A stretch of DNA of 64,000 nucleotides from Macrostomum lignano (taxonomy: Eukaryota). The notes below the pieces were generated by a model. The model ran no database searches, had not been told where the DNA came from, and saw nothing but the letters and a program-made list of their open reading frames with translations. The stretch is taken from positions 248,001-312,000 of the forward strand of contig NIVC01000906.1 of the NCBI GenBank assembly GCA_002269645.1. Direction: 5' to 3'. Shown here in pieces: positions 12,796-26,500 of this stretch. Position numbers and translations under genes: made by a program. Position 1 is the stretch's first letter; each line of letters begins with the position of its first letter.

Positions 12796-15700
12796 CAATT
12801 GCCGGTTTACCCATTTTTTATTTTTACCAGATAAGCCTACTATTAGTAGGCAATGTTAAGATATTATTTAACTTCTATTATTTAACTAGAAAATTCATAT
12901 TATTAACAGCATGAAAAGAGAAAAACCAGTTTTTCTTTAATAAGTTGTTTTTTGTAAAAAAACTTTTCCACATTGGAATAATAACTTCTTTGAAGTCAGC
13001 CAGTCAGTCAGGAAAATGATAAAATGGTCAATTAACTTGGAAATAACAGGGTGGATCAGGCATCAGAGAATAGTTTTGCTATTGTAAAATTAGGAAAAAA
13101 AGTTTGCTTTGCAGGCACAAAAAAACCTGCCTTTTTGCTGGAATTGGATATTGAAATTAAGCTGCATTTGAGCCAAAACTCAAAGCTCTCTTCACCCTAG
13201 CAGTGGGATAGTGGGCTTCTTGCTTTGCTTATAAGCATGTTTTTTAGTTAGAGGCATAGGACTGTGTGCACCCTGGCATCCTTTAAAAAATATTGTCATA
13301 CATCTATCAAGAGGCATTGCTCAATTTGCCAATTCTCCTGAGTTGACATACAAGCACATACAATATGTACACTTTACAATGCCTTGGGGATAGGTTCACA
13401 ATGGTTCACAAAGGTTCACAATGGTTAATTGCATGGCCAGTCTATAACAACTTATCCAAGCCAAGATTCCAAATTTCCAATTTAGCTCCAAATTAATATT
13501 ATAACTAGACTAAGAAAAGATCCTAAGCCACTGGCATGCAAAGAGTGTCATAGTAACATGCAATGGCTCTTATTATACAACAACAAAATATGTTGCCATC
13601 CAATTGAGTGAGTCATAAGAGATAAAACAATGTCATAACATACATTTCAAGACTTAGGCACAGATGTAGACTATACTGTCAGTAGTGTCCAAGGTGCCAA
13701 TATTAGCTAGCATCACAAAAGTATATGTAGAATTTTTTTATATTTTTTGGCTATTGAAGTACAAAATTAAGTTCATATTATAAGTTTATAATAGGTAGAG
13801 TAGATACACTTAAAATATTAGGCTTAGGATGTAGGCAAGAAGAAAAAATAAAAATTCAACTCCTTTTTGTAGCTAAAAATTATTAATTAAAATTAATAAT
13901 TAAGTCATTGATAAGACTAGATGAATATACATTTCTTGGAAAGCACATTTAAAAGTACAAGATAAATAAAAAATCAAACAAACTCATTTAAATGGAAAGC
14001 CAATTTATATTGACTAATACCATTGTACTAAAAGATTATACAATTGTTCTTTGTTCATTATAGCCAAAATTTGACTACATTGCTGCTGAATTTGCTTTTG
14101 CCATATTTTTACTAGTGAATCTCTATTGCTAAACATGTTTATTGCCAAGGCAAATTAGTTAACACCCCTGGCTAAATAGTGATAGCTAATCTGACCAATA
14201 GTGACTCAAAGACTAGGCCTAGACCTATTAACTAAAAATAGTAATTGTAAAGTATTTTTAGATATCATTCGAATGATTGTACTTTTTTATAATGTATCCT
14301 GCATTCCTAGAAATTATCTATTAATTATTTTAGTCAGTATTTATTCAGTAGTGTGTTCCTATTCTGCAATACTTACTGTACATGCTCTATTACTATTGTT
14401 TTACTATATGGTAACTCATTTTGTATTTGAAACACAAATGTGCTATGTTTGGTATTAGGTTTCTAGGTGCTATGGTAGCTGTTAAAATTGTGTAGTTGTC
14501 CCAGAATTTGAGTCCATCCAGTTTCAATAATATTTCTAACTACTTTAATTCCAAAAATAGATTATACAAATATTTATAAAAAAATTTTTTTATAAATAAG
14601 ATATGAAATAAATTAAAGTGCATTTCACCCATGCCAAGGACACATTTGTTCATTTATCTGTTGTCACAATGAAATTAAATTGATTTGATTGTTTGAATTG
14701 TTTGACTCCAAAAAGATTATTATTACATTGGCAACCAGTCCAAGACTCAAATTCCATAAAGGACTCTGCTGGATCTATCTGATTGACTGCAAATGTACAA
14801 TATTGCAGCCAATCAGCAGCGTGCCATCATGGCCATGGTATAGTTTACTTTTTAAATAACTTTGCTAGAGTTGTACTATATTTTCTACTCATTGTGAAGG
14901 TCACCCAATGGCAGTGTATCACAAAATTGTACAAATAATTCCTTTTGCTATAAAGTGTTTTTTGCTTGATTCATGCTATGCTTTGCGCTGGTTGTAGTGG
15001 GGAGAACCCAGGGCTTTGCTAACCCTGTTGGGTTCTGGCGTTTGTGTTATAACTGGCTTCTCTTTTGGTACCAGATCATTTGTTCTTTTAATGTGTTCTG
15101 TCACCTCATTGCAAATGTCTAGTTGGGAATGCAAGTTTGATATTTCTTTTTTCAAATTTAGCATTTATTGTAGCATGTATGATATATTTGTTATTTTTTT
15201 TACTTTGTATTTTACTCTTTTCGTGTACTTATATTGACAATATGGACATTGTCTTTTCTAAGAGGAGGATAATATAATATATCTGTGTATCTAATTTAAA
15301 AGTAAACAAAAGTAAACAATTTTATTTCTGCTGTTTTTATATTACAAAATCTGTATTATATTTATCTTTTATTGTACTCTTTACTGCATGTATTTATAAG
15401 TTTACATAACTCTTATAATGTAGTTTCTTTTATTGCTCAATATTAATTAGTATATAATAAATAATCCCATTGCCTATAAGAGTTTGCACTCTTATTTGGC
15501 ATTGGCACTCTCAACTGAAAATTCAAATTACTGTCATTGGGATTTATTTTATTATTTAATAAGTTTATTAGACTAGCACCTAGCAATGAGGTGACTGTCA
15601 GCTAAATAATAGCAAGTTTTTTTGATTGGTGCTAGCTAAATAAACACTGTCTAGGCCTATTAGTTATAGACTACTATAGATTATAGAATCGTAATGCATA

Positions 15701-15922
15701 GACTAGGCCTAGCCTAGTCTAGGCTTATAATAGTGTTTCACTATAGTTGCAGCTATGGCTATGGATCCTCTGGCAAATATGATAAAATAAATGCTTATAG
15801 CAATTATGGATATGCCTATGTTGTATAGCTGCTCTGCTCTTATGGCTACAACTATAGAAATATGATAATTACATTCATATTCTATAGATTTCCATAGCTC
15901 TAGTTATTGTAGTAAGACAATC

Positions 15923-17192
15923 TATTTGGTTGTTGAGAAAATTCTTGCAGTTTCTAGAAAATTTGATACCAGAACTTTATGGAACATTCTAGAAGCTTAC
16001 TGTGTGGGTATATATTGAGGGTGGGTGTGTGCAATTTTGATAGACTACTTTTTATGATTGTTGCTATCAAAGCCAGATCAACTACATGGATCTCTCTTGA
16101 CCCTATATTTGTGGTCTGTTACTCTATGACTTCAAATTTGGCATCAAAGCAGGTAAGTAGCCAAATTGAGCTGCCGCATTAACAGTGCATTTGGTGCTAG
16201 TACTGTGTCTGAATGCACTGTGCAAGATTGGTTTGCTTGGTTTTGCCAGGGAGATTTCAGCCTCAAAGATTTGCTCCAGTTAGGGCATCCTTTTAAGGTG
16301 GATGATGACTACCTGTGCACACTCATTAAAGCTGACCCCCGACAAACCACACATGAGTTGGCGCAAGTCCTTGGGGTAAACAATCAAACAATTGCCATTT
16401 ACTTGTATCAACTGGGCAAAGTGCACAAGTTGACTCAATGGGTACCCCATGAATTGTCCAACTGGGACTGCAAATGTAGGGCAGAGATGGCCACTACTCT
16501 TCTCTCCTTTTGGCACATGCACAATTGGCTGAAGTCAATTGTTACTGGCAATGAAAAATGGTATTTATATGTGAACATCAAGCATTGACAGTCATGGGTG
16601 AATGCTGATGCAACCCCTGAGCCACAGCCTAGAGCTGGACTCTATCCCCGCAAGGTCATGCTGTATGTTTGGTGGGACTGTAAAGGTGTGATCCTCTATG
16701 AGCTACTGCCACCCAACACATTGATTATAGCCAACCTGTATTGCCAACAGCTGGACAGATTGGCCACCGCAATCACACAGAAGCAACCAAATCATGGCCT
16801 GGTCTGATTCAGGACTATACAATAACAGCCGTCCCCACACTACCAAGATGACTTGCCAAAAGTTATTGGACCTTGGCTGGGAACTGGTGCCTCATACTCT
16901 GTATTCTCCCAACCTGGCACCTAGCAATTACTATCTTTTCTTGGCCCTGACAAATGCCTTGATGAGCAAAACTTTTGCTGATGAGGAAGCCCTGGATAAC
17001 TGGCTCAACGAGTTTTTTGCCTCAAAACCTGAGAAATTCTACGCTGATAGCATTGTCTCTACCTGAAAAATGGCAGAATGTGATTGATTCAGATGGCAAT
17101 TACTTTGTTTCTTAAAGTCCTTACTATATTTTAAAAAACTCAGTTTGGAGGAAGGTTCTAGAAACTGTGAGAACTTTCTTGACAACTGAATA
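15923..17192 (+). mobile_element. Full-length (1.27 kb) inactivated mariner (DD34D) transposon
   Basis: 37-nt inverted termini including the TA TSD at 15923-15959 and 17156-17192. The decayed transposase carries WVPHEL, TGNEKW, KVMLYVWWDCKGVI, YNNSRPH and YSPNLAPSNY, with in-frame stops at 16586 and 16805 and frameshifts. Confidence 0.95.
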
Positions 17193-20100
17193 CCACTCAG
17201 TTCAATGTCTAACTTTTGCAAATGACTCACACTATGACATTTGTCCTTTCTAATAGTCCTCCCTGTCCTTTAGTTGCCCCATCCTTTGCCCTTTCTAGTG
17301 TGCTTTCATTTTTTGTCATTTTGTTGTTAATGTTTTCTGCTGCCCATTTGTTGCCCTATCCCTTGCCCTTGCAGTTGCCCATTTCCACCACTTCAGTTGC
17401 CCTATATGCCAATTAATATTTTTACACATTATTTATATGGCTGGATCTGGCCACATATTATGTATGCCTTTAGTTTTGCCTTGAGTTTCCCTTGAGTTTG
17501 GTTTTGCCCCCTTTTTGCTTTCTTTCCATTAACTTGTTCTTGACATTAATAGCTTACAACAACAAGCACCACCAAAAGTCTATAAATAATAACAATTGGT
17601 CAAATTAATTTCATTATAATACTTAATAAATGCAACCAATTTTTATTCTCATTGAATATTTGAAGCCCTATTAGTTTATCTTGAGTCATTTGCCTGTGGG
17701 GCATAAAGCAACCAAATAAATCTTAATTCTGAATGAGCTCTAAGATCTTAATATTCTATAATACAAAATTACAGTGGTGGCGGTGCTACTCTACTGAAAG
17801 TAATTCATTAAGCAATTGACATATTGAATTAACGGTGTTTGAAGACCTAACTGAACAACTGTGCCTACTAAATGACCACTCAACTGCGAATATGACTACC
17901 CTCCCCCCTAAAATTAAAGACCCAGCTGATGGAATATCTAAGGGGAAAGGAGAAAGTTGACCTAAACAAGTTTGTGCAACTTTCTGGCTTTACAGGTGCC
18001 AAGTTATGAATGGCAGCAATTTGAAGTTGCAATTCTTACAAAAACTAGCCAACAACTGCCAAATTTATTTTTATTTTTCTCCGTTCCCACTTTAATATTA
18101 TTTTTTTCGAATTATTAACTATTAGAAACAGGTAGAGTAGAACAAATATACTTGATATAAACTATACCATTGATTTAAAAATATAGTAATATTGAGGTCC
18201 TTATGGCTATGGAATAGAATGTAAAAAATGGAAAGAAGCCATAGTTATGGCTAAAGCTATGGCACATAGACTCCCCTTATGATAGAATACTAGCTTATAA
18301 TAATAAATAATTATATTTAATAGTAGCATTTTAGTGAGATTTTGAAAATTAGAAAAATTATTTTTCTTTGTTTTATTAGATAGATTATGACTACAGGAGT
18401 GTTTTGACATCTAGTGAAATTTAGTCTACTAATAAAAAAATAATGGCATTTTTAGTAAAAAAAATTTGGCTAACTTAAACTTTGTAATGTAAAATTTCCA
18501 TTTCCACTATGAACTAGAAAGGCAAAAATAAGTCATTTTTTGCAGTTAAGTAAGCATAACTTTTTTATTACCAAACATGGATATCAAGCTATAATGCATA
18601 GGGGTATATCTTTAAATGAAAAGTTGGAAAAGGTGGTTTGAGATAAGTCAATAACTTTTTACATTGTTTTCTATGTTAAAAACAGTGTAACAAAACTGAT
18701 GATGCACTTATAATGCTGCCCTATCTTCTAGTCCAAAATTTATGTTAAAGTTTTTTATTAATTATAAAAAATATGAAAATCTAAAAAATTTTGGCTTTTA
18801 AAGTTATCTCCTATTGATATATATATGTAATGCTATATATATTTATCATTGAAAGTTAAAAAATTTGTCAAAATAATGGTTCTTGTCATAAATTAAGTTC
18901 AGATACAGAGGTAGGCCTAGTTTTTTTCTGAGATCATAAATTTGAATTTTGCACAAAATTTCATCATCCTTTTGGTCACCATTCTTCCAATTATACCAAA
19001 CGAATCTTCATACTATTGGTCTCATTTTAAAGTAGGGATGATTTCTTTGCTTCAAAGCTCTTCCAAATAATAAGTTCTTATTGTCTTAAAAAGGCATTTT
19101 TTCCAATCTTTTTCTATTTTTCATGCTCCCAAAATCCTCACTAAAATGTCTATTTATAGACTTAGGCCATCACCTCTTAGCCATTAAACAAGGCCAAGCA
19201 ATCTATATTAAATAGATATACCCCTTAATCAAAATATCATATTCAAAATTGTTAGTCTATACATTTATAATAATGATGATGACTTGACTAAGTCTATGAC
19301 TTTAATATTTAAATATGACAAACTCAGGCCTACCAAAAAAGCAATATAAAGGCCAAAAGGCATTTTATATAATCATTATATTCGGCCTATAATAAAATTA
19401 AAGTTTATATTTAAATAATTTGTACCAATTTATGTATTTGTTGGACTTATTACTGAAGAAAATTTACTTGCTAACTGTAGGCCTATTGCACCCATACTAT
19501 AGTTGCATTACTTGTTATAATAAACTAAGTGCTTCTATTTCAAACAAACTTTAATTACATAACTATAATTGACACAAGATACTGTAATGACAATGAGTCA
19601 AATACAAGTCAACTCATAAAAGTGAATAATATGGTCAAATTTCTTAGAAATGAAGTCAAATTAAACTAGGCCTAACTGCCTAGCTAGGCCTATGGCTATA
19701 TTGATAGCAGAAGCAGCATAGCATTGGCTGCTTGGCATCTAGGCCCTAGGCCTATATCTTAGCAATGAGTGACAATGTGCCATCCCATGTAATACCAATG
19801 GGCCAGCTGGATAGCTAGCAATATGTCTATATTCTATTCTATACTATACCGTCCATATTTTTATAGCTATAGCTAGGCCTATACTAACATGACATGACTA
19901 GGCCTAAGCTTTACTTTACTACTCCACTAGCTAATACAAAGACAAATGTGAAATAAAGTGCGCAAATAAGAAATTCAATTTGCTTTACTTTAAATTGGGT
20001 CTGTTTTACTCTTAATAAAAAACAATGGTCCTCCAGTACAGCTCAATGTAGAATAAAGTCAGATGAACACATTTGTCTCACCGAACGTCGTTTCGTGGAA

Positions 20101-23100
20101 AATAATCGTTATTGTTAGAAACAAACAAAACGTCATAACTAACGCAGTAACTATAAGCCACTTCAGTTCCGCTAAGCTGCCTCGTCTTTAGGTTACTTAT
20201 AGGGACAACGTACAGAAAACTACAAAATATACAATTTCTAATTGCATGGCGTGCCACCAGGTACGTCTCCAACTCAATTGAATCAAATCCTAGAACTCAT
20301 ATGAAGTCGCAGTTCCATATGTCTCCTCTGTTGGTGCCTCGACCAGCAGAAATTTTTACCTCAACCGCGAGTGGTCGTCTGATCCCCGGTGTTCGTCCGC
20401 TGGATGATGCATTCACGTCATACATAAACCAAAAGTTGGCAAAAAGTTTAAGATTTCTAAAGTTGAGTAATTGTTTATATTTGACGTGCACCTGTATGCA
20501 CACAATGGCATACAAATTTTCCCTATTGTTATTGTTCGGCTGCCCTGGCAGTTACGAGTAACGCGCATGCAACACACATTTTCCTGATAACTTTGCATGT
20601 AACTGTGCATGGCCGTAGCGTCAGATCGATCAATAGTTGTTAATTGGCCTAATTGTTAGGCCACCGCGAATGTAGTAGAACTGCGCGGGTACGCGTCAAC
20701 ACCGTCCTAGTTCTACATGTACATGTAATATAACTATACTATATAGGCCAAAGGACTGCTGGAATATTTTAGTCTAGTAGTCTACATGTAAGTACATGTA
20801 TAGGATCCTGGCCTACTAATTGGCCCCAGTCACCATCACGGGGCTGATACTGCCAGTTCGTTGTCTTGATCCGGTCTCATTCAACACTATAATTTCCGTG
20901 AGACTAAATTTAGACTTCAAACATAGCTAAAATTCTAGGTAGACAAAAATTCGACAAATGTTAAAATCTCAGTTTTTTGTAAGACTGTGCATTTTACATA
21001 CAGACCTCACACAGTCCGGAAAATTCGCCATAAAAATAAAGGCAGCATAAAAATAGACACCGGTGCACTACATGTGTACAGGTATAATTGATCGAGGTGG
21101 GAGAGGACAGCATCGAAATCATTTAAGGACTCAAGGCCCTTGGCCCAAGAACATCCACATGATATATGTTATGTTGCAGTTGTCGGTGACCGCTCTCATA
21201 CTCATACTCGATCATATTGAAGAAGTACATATCAAAAGTTATGGTCAAGCAGTCGACATGCAGACTCGAAAGAATGTGTATTGTACATTAAACATATCAG
21301 CATAATTGCGTTCATGGTTGACTGTGGATCTGTGTTATAGTGTGCAGTGCAGATTTTTTGAATATTTTAAGCAGCTCTGCCGCCTAAACATCGACTGCCG
21401 TATTTCTGCCAATTGTGGCTGCATGTAGACACCGCGGCTCTAGCCTGTAACGTTCCGTGTGTTTAAATTTTAGAGCATAAACAGGAACACTGCAATGCTA
21501 TATCCTATATGGCTGGCTTATCGATGATCCTAGCCTGCGCGGTTGTCACTTCAAAAAGCTTTTCGTTCATGAGAAAGGGTTTATTTTGAATCCCCGCCGT
21601 TTTTCTTAGTGACCGTTTTTTTTTGGAAGATATTTGTTTGAATACGCTCTTCCTCCCCCCTCCCCCTCTTTTTGGTAGTATAGACTAAATTTAGACTTCA
21701 AACATAGCTAAAATTCTAGGTAGACCTAGGTAGTATAAATAGACGCGAATTCAGCGCCCAGAGAGGCAACCGAGTTTTTGGTTCAAGGCTATCTGCCTAA
21801 CAAACTGAATAAGCGAATTTTGCTAAAGCCTTCCTCATTTGCCAAGAATAAAGAGCGAATGCTCATTGGCCAGGTAGAATTTACCGAAAGCTCAAGACGA
21901 TCAGTCTAAAAGCCAATAGCGGAACCGCGAACAGTAGAGGCGTAGAGAGCCAATTGAAGAGGGAGAAAAATCCCAATAGAAATATTCGAATTGAACAACC
22001 AATGGGAAGTCGTATATGACAAAAGCAAATCCGTAAGAGGAAACTGAAATTCACCGGGCAACCTCGATCCATTGGAGGGCGCTGCTTTAGGACTTAGTCA
22101 CCCCCCCCCTTTTCTAGCTAAACAGTGTCTTGCCGCTCGGGCACTGCGCGCTACCAGGGCAATCCGTGCTTACGTGAAAGCCCATAGGCCTAACTCCGTG
22201 ACCCAGTCTTTTAGTAGTTCATAACTAATTTAATAGCTAATTTTATGAAATTCTAGAATCATAACAAATTTCACCCCAGTACCACTTGGCAATAGCAGTG
22301 AAATTGTGAATAGGCATAAAAATCACCTACAACAACTTGGTGTTAGCTATTAGGATAGAACTTGTAACTTTAGAGCACTACCACAATTTGGTGGAAATTG
22401 TAGGATTCCCAACTTAGTTCAAATACCCCTCCGACAACTTGGTGACGTCGGTGAGATCGTTTATAATAATTAAACACCCCCTATAACATTCAGAAAATTA
22501 GGATTCTATGTGTTAATTTTTTATTCTACGTACATTTCCTGTATCTAAATATCATAGATATGCATGGCAAAGCTCCGAATATTTGGTTTTATGAATCTAA
22601 TTTATCATCTCTGTTACACATATTGCTACACAGCCAGCCAAGAATGATAAAATAGATTCATAAAACCAATGTGCCATTTTAATGGTTTTTGGGCACATGA
22701 CACATGCAACTGTGCGTAGAATAAAAAAATTACTTCGATTCCTAATTTTCTGACCGAAAAGCTTTATGAATATCAATAGAGCTATAGGAAAGGCATAACA
22801 TATCAAAAGATCAACATTGGGTCTGCCTCCTATCGAAAGCAATAACAATTTTGGTGCTGAAAAAATGAAAACTTCCTATCTCCATAGTGTATTTTTCGGC
22901 GAAAAGTGGCCTTCAAAACATTTTCCATAGATTTTGAGTGTCGCTTCCTCTGTTACACAGAGGAACTACGTTGTTTTAGTTTTCCTTGCGTGGCTCTTTT
23001 GCTAGAACGATTGTCTTTTCTTGAATAAATAAGTAAACCAAAAAAATATTAGTTCTATCGTCTAAAGCTAGCTATTAAAATCCTAGACGCGTCAATGTAA

Positions 23101-23562
23101 AGAAAATATTTTTCAGAGAATTTTAGTTCCCGTGACTGCGATTTAACATCTAGCGTTTAAACAAAATTGATTTTAAATTATGATATCATTTTATAATGTC
23201 TCTTGACGTACAGTCGACGTAGGCATATACACGCAAAATGAGTGGCTGGGTTTCCATTATAATTAGCTGTATATATTAACAATGATTGATTGCATCATAA
23301 AATGGTAAAAATTCTTGAGCAAAAAATGGATTTGAACTGAAGTGCAAGAGTTACATCTAGGCATCCAGCAGCTGTTAAAACAAAAATAACTGTAAAACAT
23401 CTTGTGAAATTAAATACAGAGATTTGGGGTTGATACAAACGTATTTTGAAAGCTTACATGTAAATGTAGCAGCCTTATGTTTTCAATAGGTGTTTTCCAT
23501 CGCAAGGAACAGAATTATTAGACATAATAAATCATAATAAACTTGTGCAAGCGGTGTACCTG

Positions 23563-26500
23563 TCAGCCTCCGCAACCGCCTCCGCAACCGCCTCCTCCGC
23601 AACCACCTCCTCCGCAACCGCCTCCTCCGCAACCGCCTCCTCCGCAGCCGCCACCGCCGCCATCTCCGCCGCCGGCGCATGTCCCGCCTCCACCGACGCA
23701 GCCGCCGGCGTCAAAGCCAGTATCATCGCCGCCGCCGCCGAAGCAGCCGCCGGCGTCAAAGCCAGTATCATCGCCGCCGCCGCCAAAGCCGCCGCCGGCG
23801 TCAAAGCCAGTATCATCACCGCCGCTAAAGCCACTGAAGCCGCCGAAGCCGCCGCCGCAACCACCGCAGCCGCCGGCGTCAAAGCCAGTATCATCACCGC
23901 TGCCGCAACCGCCGCTGGCGTCAAAGCAGTCGTTTCCAATCCCGACTTCGTCATCGAAAGTCACCTCGCCAGTGACGGCGTCCAGTCCACCGCCGCACTC
24001 TTCAACAGATTGTTGAAGATCGTCGAAGCCGCCAGTAGCAACAATTGTTGCTAGACCGACGGCGTCAGCTTCGCAGCCGAAACTGTGGCCGCTGCCGCCG
24101 CTGCTGCCGCTGCCTTGCCGAGCCCTCTGCCACCAGTGGCCGCAGTGCCAGTGCCACCGGAGCGGCATCCAGTCCAGGTAGAGCACACCTGTAGCCTGGC
24201 AGAAAGCTACCGAGTACGGGTCAACCCGACGCACGGTGGCTCGGCCTCGGGTCACAGTTGTTGTCGGGTGCGTCACCAACGATTGAAGCTTCGGTGAGCC
24301 GATTACACGAATCTTCTCGCCAAGATTCTGAGCGGCGTTGGCTACCTGAGAGTTCTGGCAATCGACACTGTCGGCCAACTGACCAGTGGCTGTGGCTGCG
24401 GCTGGTGGCAGCGGCTGACACATGGCCTCTAGAGTTGCTGCACAGAACGCCGCCGCAACTAGCTGAGGTGCGGAGCGGCACTGAGCATCGATGCAGGCGC
24501 TGCCTCTGCTGAGGTCAACGTAGATACCGCCTAAGTCAAACACGTGCTGGTCTGAGCTGTCCGAGTTTGGCAGACGCATCCTGTGACTGGTGTTACCTGA
24601 TGTATCAGGCGACAGGTTGTGCAGAATCAGGTCTAGGTAGCCCGGACTTCCTCGAATGGGTGGCGTCATGGGCGTCGCCGGAACACCGCGACGTCGGCCA
24701 GTCCAGTTGCCTAGCAACAGACCCCAGTCTCCGGCGGCATCTTTGATGATGAAGGCGCGCTGCCTGACGCCCGGATTGAGGCTGGGCGGGCCGCGCTTAG
24801 CTGTAGTGATCTGAAAAGAGTTTAAACAAAATGAAAAAGGCCATATATGCAATTTCACCAGAAGAGACGTTTCTCAACTTCAAATTTGGTTGACATTGAC
24901 ACTGTGTTGTGTTCGCGTAGTGGGCCTAAATACTTGATGCCAAAATAAAATTCAAGATGCAAATTATCAGCGCGAACGATTTTAGGAACTCCACACTACT
25001 TCTAGAAACACAATAGCAATCAGCGCCCCCCCCCGTTAGAGAGCCAGCGAAGAATTTAATGAATTTTTTTGAATAAACTATACATGTGTAGCGTCTGACA
25101 TATCAACCTTGACGTCTCGGCCATTCCTCCCCGTCAAGAATATTGACATCTCAGCAATCCCCTCGTAAATCCTGACCAGTGTTTTCGTTTCAAGTTTATC
25201 TTAAGTAAAATTCGTCTGGAAAACGTTGATGAATTTTGGCAACGCAGATCCATAGTAAGGATGCCAAAAATCAAAGCTAGGACACCATTGCATTTGTACA
25301 CCAGAAAAATTCAGGTGGAAAATCAATATAGTGATCTTTGATCATTTTCCAAGCAGCACCCCTGGAGGGGCGAACGCTAGTCAAATACACTAAAATCCGA
25401 GCGCGGTTTTAAAGGAAACCTGGTATTTTTGCGTAGCCTACTAAGAATCTGCATCGAGTAAACAAGAGAAAAAATAGTTTGTTGAAGACTCACCTGAGAC
25501 GGCGTGGGCAACTGGTCAACGCCAATCATGTGAGCTACGGTTACCATGCTGTCACCGTTAAACACTTGCACTACCGACTGGCCCAGTTGTTGCGAATGAA
25601 TCACTCGAACTGTGAAAACCAACTGCGAGCTCTCCGTGACTAGGCTGGAAGAGAATGTGTAGATTGTTACAGCACATACCAATGACTTCTTCGATTGGAC
25701 ATGTGCTGAAACTACAGATCTATTATTACCTGTGCGACGCCACAATGCAACGATGCTCCTGACCTTGGGGCACTTGACCCAGCGGCACAGGCCCCCAGAG
25801 GCTGGGCACATCCGTCGGCATAATCGCAACAATCCAGACGCCCGGAACAAGACGCAAATTGCACTGGAAAATAGAAGGCACATTTGACGAGAAGGTCAGC
25901 TCAGCCGCAAAGTTGCTGATACCGTAGTTTGGAGCTTCGTAAGAAAACGAAGCGTCGCAGACCAGCTTATCAACTGCCTCGGGAGGCAACTGCTTTAGGC
26001 TGTCTGACACAACGACCTGCGGTGAGAAATTGGTTTACTGTTTGAGTTTCAACACCTGCGCGTGTCCAAAAGTAAGATCAAACTTGACATAGACCGAGAC
26101 CGATACTACTTTGTATTTGCCAGCTAGCCTTAACACAACTTCAGAGCCCTACGGAACTATCAGTGCAATGCTAGAATTAGACATTCGCATCTCATTCAAA
26201 CTGTATACAAAATTGCAACCATTGCATTCACCTTGCAATTGCCAAGCATGGTACCGCCGCAGCCGCACAATCCAGTCGAGCTCTTTCGCTTGTCAATCAG
26301 CTCTAGCAGCAGAGGCTGGTCGCCATCGCCGTTAACAAGGTAATCAAAGACGGTTACGGGAGACTCAACGACAGTTCCCTGAGCCTGCGTCATGGCGACC
26401 AGACGTCTCCTCTTACCAGGCTTGCAAGGCGGCAGTTTGGGCGCCAGCAGGACCACTTTGTAACGGTCGATAGTTGGAGGCGCAGTCAGCTCCATGCGGG

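Noticed and set aside
14976-15237. Short ORFs in the CpG-depleted block
   Set aside because: No recognisable domain or splice context; at most decayed TE sequence.
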